A stretch of DNA of 63,296 bases, filler included, from Bonamia ostreae (GCA_040357525.1; 36 parts of 36 records of this genome joined end to end with filler, not necessarily neighbours in it), one strand, 5' to 3'; positions 38,031 through 51,030 are shown, counted from the first letter of the whole stretch. A program made the numbers and translations. The notes: generated by a model from the letters alone, not told the origin.

Positions 38031-40596
38031 TTTAAGAAAAATAGTGCTTTCCTCAAATACTCGTTGTGTGAAAAGAGGATGAAACCTCCATTCACATTTT
38101 ATGCTCAGCCGGTCTAAATCCAGCATTAAAGTTATGGAGACGGGCCTCCCTCAGAGTCATTAGTTTTCCCTCCCAGACTCGGCTCACTTTTAGTGAACTC
38201 GGCTCATTTAAAAAATGGCAGAAAGCAGCATATGCGCAATGCGTTTATTTTGTTAAGTTTTAGTTGTGTTTCTAGGCTTAAATGGGCTTAGTCTTAAGGA
38301 AAAATAGTCGATTTTCTTTAAATTAAAGAGAATTGTGTTCAAAAGCCCGTTATCATTTAATAAACACGTCGTTCCAAATTTCCAAAATAATAGTGCACCT
38401 TTGAAAATGTAAAAAATTAATGTTTGGAAAAATCAAAATTCGATCCAATGTTTGAAAAGACATCCAAAAGCTTACGAGCAAAATGATGAAATATTAGACA
38501 CATTCACGATTTTAATATAAAAATCGAATTCCAATACAAACGAATCGAATTCCAATAGTCAGCAACCTTCTTCTTTGAAAAAATAGAGTCTGATAAAAGG
38601 CAAATCCAAAACTTCAAATAAATGATTTCTTTATACAACAGAATGTATATATTTAACGTGTAAAAGAAACATGACGGAAGAAAGATTAAATGTCTACTTT
38701 GAGGAAAATTAATTACTGAATAATGAGTTTATATACAAANNNNNNNNNNNNNNNNNNNNNNNNNNNNNNNNNNNNNNNNNNNNTTAATTAATTAANNNNN
38801 NNNNNNNNNNNNNNNNNNNNNNNNNNNNNNNNNNNNNNNATGTCGAGTTGAAGGCCACAGCATGTACATTCGTGCATCACAGTGTACATGTGTATAATAC
38901 ATTAAACCGTTTGGGATTTTAAACCAAATGCATATTCCAAATCAATGTATCCAAAATGAAATATTTACATGTAATTTGATAATAAATAATGATTAAGAAT
39001 TTTTATTTGAAAATTTGTTAATGATATATTTGTACAGGTGGACTGTCACCTAAGCAACTCTTGGTGTTTCGGTCACCTCATACCTACTTTAGAAAATGCT
39101 ACCACTCCAGTTGAAATGATATATTAACAACAAATAATTTAGTCAAATGCCCCAATACATTTAACAAAGCATGTTGAATTCATATTAGTCAAAAAGGTAC
39201 ACATACGTAAAGTAGATCGTATAATTTGAAAGTTTGTTTCAAAATCTCCTATCAATAAATAAATCTCCCAAAACAAGGAAACAAAGAATCCCTACGGCTT
39301 TTGGTGGTAATCTTTCACCGATCAAATAGCTTGACCCTTGTAAAATTGAAAGAAACCTTAGTGATGTGGACTGTAGTCAAGGCACCTGTTTGATGTAAAG
39401 AAAAAAACAGAGATTGTCACAATAACATGTTGGAAAAAGGTATTTTGAAAGATGTGACCCAAATTTTGTAGAATAATCTCCACTTTGGCCAACGCTAAAA
39501 TAATTCAAGATGGCACTGACACTTATATTAGTGAAGAGGCTACAAGAAATGATATATCATTTGAAAGACCCTGAAGTCCTTGTTCATATCTCTGCCAAAC
39601 TTGGAGATTTGTAAATTTGCCACAAAGAACAACTTCAGCATTTGATGAGTAATTATCCTTCAATTTCTTAGGATGCAACAACATAGAACAATGCTGCTTG
39701 TTATAATGTTTAAGTTAGTGACGCCCTGTCTATCAAGTAGTCTTATTATCGATAGTAATCGGTATTGTCCCACATTATTTGGATCCTATGTGACAACAAT
39801 TTCAACTCCATATTTTAACGATTTCAATTGAGTGCAAGATACGCAACCCATCGAGTCCATTCGTTGTCTTTACAATGATTTTGATTTGTATCTTTCATGA
39901 GTAATATACATTTGCTTATATATGTTAGGTGATTTAACTTTCCTTAAACATTCTGTAAAATATCGCTGCCTCCATGTGTAATTCATGCATTAATGTACAT
40001 GAGGAATTCTGAATAATTTTTGTTTTGTTTCAGGTTCCAGCTCTGCCTCAGAAAACGATAATTCAACACAAACACGTAATGATCTATTCTGATGATTGAT
40101 ATACGATAACCATATTTTCAAAATACTAATGGGTTTACTATATACTCATTACAGATTATGTAAGAGCAATGGCCGAACGGTTTGAAAAGAAGGTAGACAG
40201 AGAAGATCGACCTTTGCATCCAATAACTGTGCCATTTAAACCAGACGTTAGAGCGAAAACACAAGGTTAATCATTTATCAATTCCGTAATAAACATAGCA
40301 CTGAAATTTTGCATCACTGTAATGTTGATATCGGCGGGTGTTTACTAAAATTAGAAGAGATTGTATAATGTAGAATATAGAAGTAATACATTCGCCATTA
40401 CATTTTTTATTCAAATATCTCTCTCGCAAACATCTCTGACAAATCATAATGAATCATAACAAAACTATAGATTATATATAGCAAATATATACAATCNNNN
40501 NNNNNNNNNNNNNNNNNNNNNNNNNNNNNNNNNNNNNNNNTTAATTAATTAANNNNNNNNNNNNNNNNNNNNNNNNNNNNNNNNNNNNNNNNNNNN

Positions 40597-41109
40597 ATAT
40601 CGTGTTGGTCTAACATTTAAAAATTGTTTAAAACAAATATTCGTTCGTTTTTATTATTGCGGGAGGATTTTTTATCGTCTGTTTTGTGTTTTCGGGGATA
40701 TTTAAAAATGTTTTTATGCGACTCAACGTCTTTATAAAAAAATTTTGCAAAGAAATTTTTGGTATCAAAAAAATTTTATCAAAAAAATAAAATTTGGACC
40801 ATTAGAATAAATGTTGCTATTAAAAAGTTCTTCAATTCTGTCGGATAATCTTGCACTTCTTTTTCTGGATTTTCTGGTTTCCTTAGGGCCATTTGAAATA
40901 TTTTTCTATTTTAAAGAGCATTTAATAATTGCCAAATTTAATGACAGATTCAAAATTCGACATTTGAAAAATGAAAATTTAATGACCAAATAATCATTTC
41001 TGCGTTCAACATTGGATTTTGTATCCGTCGCTGGCGGTTTTTTGTTCTCAATCTTTTGTTTTCTATGATGTTTACAATATAACTTGTTTTTTTCGATCGC
41101 GGTAGACAT
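40597..41109 (-). CDS. 5' part of unknown basic protist protein
   Basis: MSTAIEKNKLYCKHHRKQK..., continued over short introns. Confidence 0.45.
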
Positions 41110-41429
41110 TAGTAAAATTTAGTATGTTTAAATTTTTTATATCCGAAAATGTTTAAGTTGATTTTAGACAAAAATAAATTATTTAAATGTTTGAAGTGAG
41201 TTGCAAATCATTTTAATTCAAAATTAATGTTGCAATTCATTTTTGAAAATTGACTAAACACATTTTAGCGTTTGTGAATATAATTATTTTGATTTATCAA
41301 GCTTAAAAAATGGCAAGATTTATTTTCAAATTTTTAATAATATCAGAAAATGTGCGATTTCAGGATAAATTTTTAAAATTAGCAATTCGAGATTTTGTAA
41401 AATAAATTTTAAAAATTTACTAAAACAAA

Positions 41430-41900
41430 ATGGAAAACACTGAAGAAATACTCGAAAACAAAGTTGAATACGAAGAAAAAAACGATTCGTTAAATCGCAT
41501 TAGCCAAAACGAACCCGATTTTGAAAAGAAACAAGAAAATAAAAATCTTTTGACTTTAATGCTCGCAAAAGAATTGGAAAAAAGAAATTTAGAGCCGAAA
41601 AAATTATCGCCTAAAACAGAAAAAATTTTGCCAAAAACAGAAAACAACGGAAATTTGGACGCTTTTTTAAACGAAAGCGCAGCGAAAAGTCACAAAAACA
41701 TAAAATTTAAAACGTTCAAATTTGAATGTGACAAAAGAGCGAAAAATAGAAAATCGTTTTATAAGCCAAAATTGAAAATTGCAAAAACTAAAAATATCAA
41801 AATTTTGACCGTTTCGAAGCCATTTAAGTTTCTGACCGAAATCAGAGCGCGTAAAAGAGTGAAAGATAAAATGACTTTCAAAAGAATGTGGAAAAATTAA
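41430..41900 (+). CDS. Intronless 156-aa protein with TPX2-like motif
   Basis: C-terminal LTVSKPFKFLTEIRARKR and FKFECDKRA resemble TPX2-type repeats. Confidence 0.55.
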   Translation: MENTEEILENKVEYEEKNDSLNRISQNEPDFEKKQENKNLLTLMLAKELEKRNLEPKKLSPKTEKILPKTENNGNLDAFLNESAAKSHKNIKFKTFKFECDKRAKNRKSFYKPKLKIAKTKNIKILTVSKPFKFLTEIRARKRVKDKMTFKRMWKN

Positions 41901-42027
41901 ATAATGTAATTTTATTATTTTCGAAAATCATTTTTAGCAATGTCTAATTTTTTGAAAAAGCTTATAAAAATTATAATTATATCAAAAAAATATAATTCCA
42001 AAATTAGCAATTTACTGTTTTTGGAGC

Positions 42028-42208
42028 ATGAAACGTAAAATCAATTTGAATCGAAAAACGACTGTAAACCCGCTTACACAAAAACCGTTTTCGCAAAAGT
42101 ACTTCGAAATTCTTCAGAAAAGAAAAACGCTTCCTGTTTGGGAGCAAAAAGACGAATTTTTATCATTGGTAAAAGAAAACAAAAATATTGTTTTGATGGG
42201 CGAAACAG
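42028..42208 (+). CDS. DHX15: DEAH helicase Prp43/DHX15, exon 1
   Basis: NPLTQKPFSQKYFEILQKRKTLPVWEQKDEF...VLMGETG. Confidence 0.9.
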
Positions 42209-42353
42209 GTTTAAGTGGATAAAATCGAAAATACAAATTGTACTTTAAAATGTNNNNNNNNNNNNNNNNNNNNNNNNNNNNNNNNNNNNNNNNNNNNTTA
42301 ATTAATTAANNNNNNNNNNNNNNNNNNNNNNNNNNNNNNNNNNNNNNNNNNNN

Positions 42354-43622
42354 GCAAACCTTCAACCTTCACGGGCGCCAAAATTCGCCTTGTCCTGGAT
42401 ATCACTAATCACGGATAAGCGCTTATTGTGCCCAGTGCTCCGCTCCGAAGGCGCCGCACAAAAGTGCAAATTCCATCTCGTCAAATTGCTCTGCGCCGCT
42501 TTCGCTTTTATCGAACCGCTCTTCCTCTTCCGACAATACGACGAACCGCTCGGAGCGTTGTGCCAAGGACTATTGCGTGTTCTGACGATGCTCTCGCAAA
42601 ACTTCCCGTCTTTCCTCTCCGAGTTCAACTTCGACCTGGCCACCGCTCTGCCCCCGAAGTGCTTCCAGCTGCGCAACGTGGTGCTCTCGGCAGTGCCGGT
42701 CGGGACCAACCCGATCCTGTACAGATACAACGACCCCAATTCGCTGCTCGAGCCAGGGCCGCCTGCGGCCCCGCGCTGGGAAACAGTGGTCACTCGGTTC
42801 AAGGGGCTGAAGACGGCCTTGGACCAGTACTTGTCTCTGGTCGCGACGAGCGCCGCAGCGGCGAATGCGTTTCTGCCGGAGGCCTACTTTGAAGACTTGG
42901 ACTTGATTTTGTGCGATAGAGCCAAAAAGACCGCGCGCGGCGGCGACCGCGACGTCAAGCCGAACCGAAGTGCGGCGGCGAAAGGGAGAAGCGGTTCAAG
43001 GAAGGAATACAATCGGAGGGCGATTTGCACTTTGGCGGCGTATTTTGGTGACAAAGGGATGTCGGCGATGCGGCGGGCGATGAGCAGCGCGAACGCGCCG
43101 ACGACGAATGCTCTGGACAGAATCTTCCTTTTTTTCGGGCACCTGCTGGCAGCGATGGAGCCGCAAGGGCGGTATCTGCTGGTAGCGGCCCTCTTGAACC
43201 AGCTGCGGTATCACAGCTCGCACACGCATGTTTTTAGTCTGGTGGTGTTGCAGCTCTACGGGAATGCTCCGGATTGCGAGTCGCGGGAGATAATCGTAAG
43301 GTTGGCATCAATGTTCGAAGAAGCGATTTTAATATGAAATTTTATTTTGGTCCATTTGGCCGATAAAATTTATCGATAAAATATTGTGTTAACAAAGAGC
43401 CATGTTGGAGAGACTGGCGCCGAACGGACCACATCCGGCGGGACTGGTCTCTGTTTTCGTGGAATTGGTGCGGAATCCTTTCTACAATTTGAATGCGCAC
43501 TGTTTCGGAGGAAGCAATCCGTCTGCTTTGTAGTTTTGAATTTGAATTTTAGTATTTTTAAGTCGCTGGTTGCGAGATTTGTCCCGGAATTGTCAAACGA
43601 GCGAGAAATCGCAGCGAAGTAG
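42354..43622 (+). CDS. CNOT1: CCR4-NOT subunit 1, C-terminal domain
   Basis: PSRAPKFALSWISLI, FPSFLSEF, CFQLRNVVLSA, RYLL..LLNQLRYHSSHTHVFS, MLERL..GPHPAGL. Confidence 0.92.
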
Positions 43623-43647
43623 TTTTTGTATGAAATAAATTAATTTG

Positions 43648-43714
43648 TGCAACTTTGCCGCAGATGGCTCTGTTGTTCGAACTAAACTCGAATCCCAGTG
43701 TTGTCGTTTCCAAA
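43648..43714 (+). other. Conserved non-coding two-motif element, copy 2
   Basis: CAACTT-N5-CAGATGG (43650-43667) followed by TCGAATCCC-AGTGT-TGTCGTTTCCAAA (43688-43714). Confidence 0.55.
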
Positions 43715-44145
43715 AACTTAAGTGATTTGTTAAGTGCAGAAGAGTCAGTTTTAAGGTGATTTGTTAAACTGGAAAAAATTTAGCCGTTGGCTCAAAATGG
43801 CGAAGAATAATTAAAAATCGACTGAAACAATTTAAAGGCTCATAAAATTTCGAAGATGAAGATCGATAAATTGGCTATTGCGAATCCAATTATTCCGCCA
43901 ATCATCATCGACTTCAACTTTTTTCCGGGAAAATTTATTTCTTCCATTAACGCGGCAATACTTATCGTTAAAAGAACTGACGTTACTTCATAAAAATTTT
44001 AAAATTGCTNNNNNNNNNNNNNNNNNNNNNNNNNNNNNNNNNNNNNNNNNNNNTTAATTAATTAANNNNNNNNNNNNNNNNNNNNNNNNNNNNNNNNNNN
44101 NNNNNNNNNCAAAAAACCGAATTTTAAAATGGCTCTATTTTAAAA

Positions 44146-45700
44146 ACTAAGACATAGGCACTCAGCAACAAATCCTTTCCGTGGATGTCCTTCAGTTCGA
44201 TAACCGGAATCGAGTCCGTCTTCCTAAACTCGATATCGTGAACTTCGCCTGAAAAACCAATTTCCTGTCCGCTTTCAAAGCGCCCTTTTCTGCAAGCAAT
44301 CGCTGCGAACCCATTCCGAGCCATGTCTTCAGTTCTGTCCACATTCATTTCTTCCGTCGTAAGTTGGTCCGTAGCGCAAAATCTTGTTTTCGAAACGGGC
44401 AAAAAATCGCCCGTTTTAGACGATTTGTCGTTTAACAAATAACTCAATTGCAAAAATTGCTCGAACAAAGCGATGCTCGTCAAATTGAATTTTGCGACCA
44501 CTTTTTTGGCGTTTTCGGGGAGCGGCTTCAAAACGATGGCCGAGTTGAAATATGGCGGTTTCCTAAAATCGCCGGGCAATGGCACTCTGAAAAACAAGTG
44601 CGCCAGAATTTCGAGTATTTTTATGCAAATCAGATTTTCGTTTTGTCTTTCTTCTTTCGTTTTGTTGCTCGATTTCAGTTGTTCCTAAATTCGTTTTGCA
44701 AAATTTAACTTTTAATTCGTTTTCGTCTTTTAAACTGACCGGCAACGGATTGCAAATGGAGTCGAAAACGCCTTGTTGCAGCAACATCGAAAAAACAAAG
44801 TTGGCCGGTTCCGTGGAATAGAGTTTTGTGACCAGTCCGGAAAAATGGACCGGAATCAAATTTTTGTTGATCAGACCGTTTATTAACAGATATTCCATCG
44901 AATAGCGATACAGCAATTTGGTCTGTTTCGAAACGAGCGGTTTCTGGGCTGAGTTGTCCAAGTCGTCGCCAAAAGTGCGCTTCATCGTGTTTCGAAGGGC
45001 TTTTAAGCGGAATGTTTTGTCTGTCGCGGACGCGACGCAAAACAGGTTTCGGAGAAAAGAGGTCACGGAAATCGTTTCGTGGCCGTCTTTTAAGAGATTT
45101 TAATTTAAAACGAAGAGACAGGAGAGAAGATGTCATCAGATAAGATATTTTCTGAGGAGGAATCCCAAAGAAAATCACTTTTCCGACTTTAAATTTTTGT
45201 GAATAAAAAATATTTTTGGCGATTTTTTTTGCGATTTTAATCAAAAAATTTTTTGTTTTTTAGAAATTTTTCGCGATTTAAATAATGAATTTTTATTTTG
45301 ACGATTTTTTTTTGCGATTTAAATCAAAAATTTTTTGGTATTAAAGACTATTGTCATATCCTCTTCTTCCGGCGCGACCCATCATCTGTCTGTAGCGCAG
45401 AGGAGTCAACTCAGAAGAATCTCCTGCGAACACAGCCGTCCTGCACGGCATATTGACACCGAGCGCCAAAGTGCCGACCGTTAAAACGACTTTTATGTGC
45501 TTTGCTCTGAAAAGCACTTCGACCAAAGTTTTGTACGCGCGACTCATTCCGTTGTGATGCACTGCGATTCCTCTGTTGATACAACGGAGGAAAGGGTGGT
45601 TTTTAGACCAATTGTTTTTGCGGAGAGCTCTTCTGAGCCAATATTCGACGTCATCGTTGTCCACCATTTCGCCTGGACGAAGGAAGCTGAACCGGAAATC
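44146..45700 (-). CDS. DDX60-like Ski2-type RNA helicase, C-terminal region
   Basis: RGIAVHHNGM, TLALGVNMPCRTAVFAGDS, YRQMMGRAGRRGYD, GKVIFFGIP, LHGH, LVTKLYSTEPANFVF. Confidence 0.88.
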
Positions 45701-46092
45701 ATACTATAAACAATTATTTAGCAATAAAGCGAAAAAGTAATTTGCAATAATTGTTCAAAAATTGCNNNNNNNNNNNNNNNNNNNNNNNNNNNNNNNNNNN
45801 NNNNNNNNNTTAATTAATTAANNNNNNNNNNNNNNNNNNNNNNNNNNNNNNNNNNNNNNNNNNNNCTTTCGAAGATATGTTGTTTTAGTATTTTAACCAT
45901 TTTTAAATAAAATTTGTTGCCATTCGCTTTTGAAGATATTTTATTTAAGCATTTTGACCATTTCTAGATTAGATTTATTGGAACTTACAATTCTTTAGTC
46001 ACATTTAAATTTTTAACTAAACCTTAAAAAAGTATTGAAAAATCTAAAAGTTTTGGCAAAAAAAAATTAAAGTCTAGCTATAAAAACAGAAA

Positions 46093-47520
46093 ATGCCAAA
46101 GTTCCTAGATAGAGACTTCCCTCCGGATCGGAGCTCCATTTTCACCAAGGGGCAAACTCCAAACGTTCAAATTTCGTGGAAACGACTGGAAGATCTGGTC
46201 GACGTCGGAACGGATTTGATCGCAAGCACTTCTGCAGAGGATATCGTCCAAGGATCCCTCGGCGATTGCTGGCTTCTCGCTTCTCTCACTGCGATCGCAG
46301 ACAACAAAAAAATTCTCGATCGCATTTTCAACACAAAAATCGTCAATTCCGACGGGAAATATTCGCTCACCTTCAACATTGACGGAATGGACAAGGTCAT
46401 CCAAATCGATTCGTATTTGCCCTTTCTCCCCAACGGCTTGCTCTACAGCGCGAGAATGGAGCACGAGCAGATTTGGGTCGCAGTTGCCGAAAAAGCAATG
46501 GCGAAATGTGTCGGCGGATATGACAGAATGGAGAGCGGGGACTGCGAAGAGGCGTTGAGAGTTTTCGCTATAACGTTAAAGGATTTCACCGGATGCCCAA
46601 CAGACACGTTCGACGACAAACTCGATCCGGGAGATTACTGGCAGAAGCTCCGAGAGTACGCAAACAGCAAAGACCACCTTTTAACTTGTGGTATCGATTC
46701 GTCTTCCATTCCGAATCTGCCGAAAGTGCATCCCCAAATCCTCTCGAACGGATTGTTGATGGATCATGTTTACACCATCTTGGACGCGCGCTGTCATGAC
46801 GAAACGCAGACGCGTCTTCTTAAACTGAGGAATCCGTGGGGAAACCTTGAATTCAATGGAAAATGGTCTGATTTTTCCACGGCTTGGAATCCGTCCTTGA
46901 GAGCTTTCTTTGGAAGCAAAAACGATTCCAACGACGGGATTTTTTTCATTTCCTTCGAAGAATTTGCGTTTTTGACATTTTTATTCCAAACTTGATAATT
47001 TTAACATTGAGACATTTCTCAAACTTTTTTTTATTTCGGACATTTCTTGTTTTGTATCTGATCTTTCGATTTTTGCAATTTTTTGTTTTCAGATTTATGT
47101 GAATACGATAAACTTAGAAACTTTAATGTCAACGATATCTTATTTTTAGTAAATTTAATCTCTGTTGTGCAAGTTGATCACTAATTCAAAACAAATCTTA
47201 AAGCTTGAACAAAATCTTATAAATTAAAGCAAATCAGTTATTTTATAAATGGAGGTAGCTCAAAACAGTATTTTAACACAAATTTTTAAATTCAATTTTT
47301 GTCGTTTAGCAAACAAAATTAAAAAATAGAAACTTCTTCAACGTAGTAAGTTATTGTGATACTCGCGATGGCTGGAATGCCTCAAGAATTAAATCAAAAT
47401 TTGTCAAAAATGAAATTGTCGACACAGACGTGCTAAGTCTCAACATTCCAGAAGACAGTTCCAATTTCTTAGCCATCCATCAACAAGACGAAAGAGTCAA
47501 AAATGCGAAAAAACATATCG
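46093..47520 (+). CDS. Calpain-family cysteine protease (CysPc), 5' part
   Basis: Intact triad QGSLGDCWLLA, DHVYTI, LRNPWG; AEKAMAK; EALR|DFTG after removing intron 46561-46581. Confidence 0.95.
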
Positions 47521-47621
47521 ANNNNNNNNNNNNNNNNNNNNNNNNNNNNNNNNNNNNNNNNNNNNTTAATTAATTAANNNNNNNNNNNNNNNNNNNNNNN
47601 NNNNNNNNNNNNNNNNNNNNN

Positions 47622-48350
47622 ATGTAATTGTTCTGAAAGCGACTGTAATCCTATTTTTGGTTGCAACGATTCAGTCCCCTCGCCAATTCCAGGTATTAGA
47701 CCATTATTATTCCTGCAAGAGATTTGAAAAAGGGAATCCTTTGAATGAGAACAGTTAATATATTCTTAATGTTGTGCTTCTATTGCGATCTTAATGAAAA
47801 TCGACTTCTGTACCTTCGGCAAATTATAGTCTTAGCATCCCCGAACATTAATTAGATAGTCTCTTTCCTTACTTCTTTCCTTTTCGGACAATATCCTTTT
47901 TAAATCTTTATCATAGATTTATTTTCCTACATTTCGTAACTCTTATATAAAAAATCGGTGTTTTCTAACATGGACCAAACTTGATTTTGATGCGTCTTTA
48001 ATCGCGATATATGTAACATCCCCTCCTCTTTATTTGCCCAGTTTTTAAAAAGCTACTTATTTCACCACTAGGTCTTTAAGGATGTTTTTCTGCTCCCTTA
48101 TATGAATTTGATTTAATCTGATTATGTATATCGGGTACGTTGTTGTTTTCTAAGGTATCGCAGACAACATCTACATTACGATTTCTTCCTCGTTTTGGAA
48201 TAAAAATAGATTTGTTTCCGGCAATTTCCTACTATTGTTCATTCAGATGGTTGACTTACTCCATTATTGTCCTCATGCTCATGGAAAAACTTCCTTAACA
48301 TGAATTGTTTAGTACATTTTTTTATGTATGTGTTGAGGTTTTGGTATTTC
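47622..48350 (-). mobile_element. Heavily decayed retroelement ORF, possibly Penelope-like (host)
   Basis: Broken frames LRKFFHEHED..LFIPKRGRN..VDVVCD resemble the region preceding PLE reverse transcriptases; many stops. Confidence 0.35.
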
Positions 48351-50059
48351 ATTCGAAGTGTGGTTGTATATTCTACATAATAACACAACCGTGCGATTTT
48401 AGAATATGTGAGGGATCTAAAACTTAAAACGACGATCCATCGATATATTAGAATTAAATGCATTGGTAATTGAATCGGAGTCGCAAATATCATGTTTGGT
48501 ACATTGTCTGATCATAAATATACATTTTTAATTTCCTTCATCTGACTAATAACATAAAATGCCTAACACCAGATAGGGCAAAATCATGATTTTATTTGTA
48601 ATCCTCTAATAACTTTGACATTCTCACTTAGGGTATTCATGGTTAACTTCATACCTCAACAATCAAATGCTAAAAGTGAAAATAAAAGTGATGGATGGCG
48701 AGCAGTGATCATTATTATAAATCCTATAGAAAATGTGAAGACCAGAGGTGGGATCAGGTGATTAGGAAAAGTAACAATCCCCTGTTAACCGACAAACGCG
48801 ACTTTACTCTTATTGTGCTAATTCTGGCACATATCCAATAACTCTTATTTTTATCAATAAAAATAGATAAAACCACTCTCCCTTAATTTCCATCCAACAC
48901 AAACACAAATAATTATCTGTAAAATACATGTATCTTCATTATTAAACAATTGTTTTATCGATATCTGTTTAACACAAGCATTGTATGGGGCTCATGACAG
49001 AAGTGATCGGTCAGCAGGAGGTGCTTACTTCTCCTTAACACCGAATCCCACCTCTAATGTGTCGAGGAGTCCGTGTTTGCCCTAATCGTACTCTTTGTAA
49101 TCTTGAAAGATTCATGAAATTGCTATCTGCATTTTGTAATTATCGATGACGTGCATTCAAAGAATCCAGTGGAAAATATTAGGTCACTTTCTACGACCTG
49201 TAAAAACCGAGAAGTGAGTACCACATGGAAGTATAAGAGTTGCTTAGCCCTATCAGTCTGACGTAATCAGATAACANNNNNNNNNNNNNNNNNNNNNNNN
49301 NNNNNNNNNNNNNNNNNNNNTTAATTAATTAANNNNNNNNNNNNNNNNNNNNNNNNNNNNNNNNNNNNNNNNNNNNCCGTCTGCGACAATGCTTTGCTGC
49401 AAAGTCGTCATCACTGGGGCGGGGGCATTTATGTTTATAAAGCATTTCTTGTTTTACAATATATCCACAGGTATTTGGTGGGGGGGGGGATTAATGTTCC
49501 TTGACCGAAACCTTATTCAGAACTTTAAAATGGTGCTTAATAGGGCTCTCATATCTTATATGTGCATTCCTTGTCACAAGAACTTTATTTTGGTATCACA
49601 ATTTTTGACCTCTTGAACTTGGAAGTTTGACTTGCTATTTTTAAGCAAACCCAACATTGGCAAGATCCGTTGAACTATCTATGGTTGGGGTTTGGATATT
49701 TTGTATGAAAATTCCTTTTGGTAAGACCTTTTATTTGTTGCCATGATCTCTTGACTTAAAAGTTGAAAAGTTGGACCAACATTTTGATACCAGTTTTTTT
49801 TAACTTATTGATTGTTCTCTATATCTTATGTTTGTACCACATTGGTATTCCTTTTCTTTTAATTTGTTTTCACATGTACTGAATAAATTGAATATTTAAG
49901 CGTTTGTTCCATTTGCTTTTAAGAACGTTATTACAAATATTAAAGAAAGACAAGAACTAAGTCTAGAAATGTTACTTTCATTACTTTGTTAATATGCAGA
50001 GTTCTTCATCAATTAATATGTTCAAAACATACTACAAAGTCACATGGTTTCAGCAGCAA

Positions 50060-51030
50060 GTATACTTCTCAAAGCGAGTTTTCTTCTCTTCTACAGTGGG
50101 CTCTGAAGATTATGGGTGTGACACAGGTGCAATTGTTCGATGCAATCTCCTGGGATCTACTCCATCAAAACCATGTTGTCTGTGGCATCCTTTGTTCTCA
50201 AGCCTCTTTTTAAAGACCCATTCCATCAGCATCTCTGCATGTTGGGATTTCTTTAATTTTCCGTTAAATGATACACAGTCCACCTTCCTGATTTTTTTGT
50301 TGAAGGTTCTATGAGTGAAACAATATGATATGAATAATTTTTCTCTGAATAAAAATTAAGTCATTCCTAAGACATTGTATCTCAAATGAAGAACAAATCA
50401 ATAACATCACAATACTACTTAAGAGTAGGGGGATATGGACATTATATACAGATAAAACATAAGCTATAACATATCTCAAGAGTTCCATCTATGTTTCTGA
50501 TATGCTCGCTGTCAATATTTTGGTTGTAGTCTAGTGCTGCCAGTAAACTTCTAGCCAGTTACACAGTTGGACTGTACGAGTACCATTTAGAGGAATACAG
50601 CAACATGACGTGATGATAGCTTTCCATATCAGCTTTGCACCTACAAAGTTAAAAATTTATATGAAAAATCGAAACACATTTTGTATGTGTACCATTCCCC
50701 TAAAACCAGTCTTCAAAGTGTAAAACTAAATCTCCATTGCATCAAATATTCATACATCTTACTCGAAGTTTAGATAACAGTGAATATTGTGTAGGAAGCA
50801 CTTGTTCAGGATGGTTTTCCGAAGAGCTTCATGCAAAGGAATGCCTGTCTCCTGCTGCTTCAGAGTATATGCGCTGATACCCATCTCCCTGTATGGTAGA
50901 TACCATTCATGTTCATCCACCACATCCCCTGATTGCACAGACATAGTTACTTTCATTTGCAGTTTATGGAATGTATCTGCACTGCACTGACAAGGATTGA
51001 TTGATTTATTGTTTTCACTCATATGGAGAC
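50060..51030 (-). pseudogene. Intron-containing Mutator-like transposase relic (host)
   Basis: MESYHHVMLLYSSKWYSYSPTV*LARSLLAALDYN and C-terminal DPRRLHRTIAPV..KTRF, with in-frame stops; animal-type introns. Confidence 0.65.

Noticed and set aside
42354-43340. Horizontal transfer or a third organism for the GC-rich CNOT1 and XPB segments
   Set aside because: They are core eukaryotic genes flanked by the same AT-rich intron style, and TRAP1 has both GC-rich and AT-rich exons.
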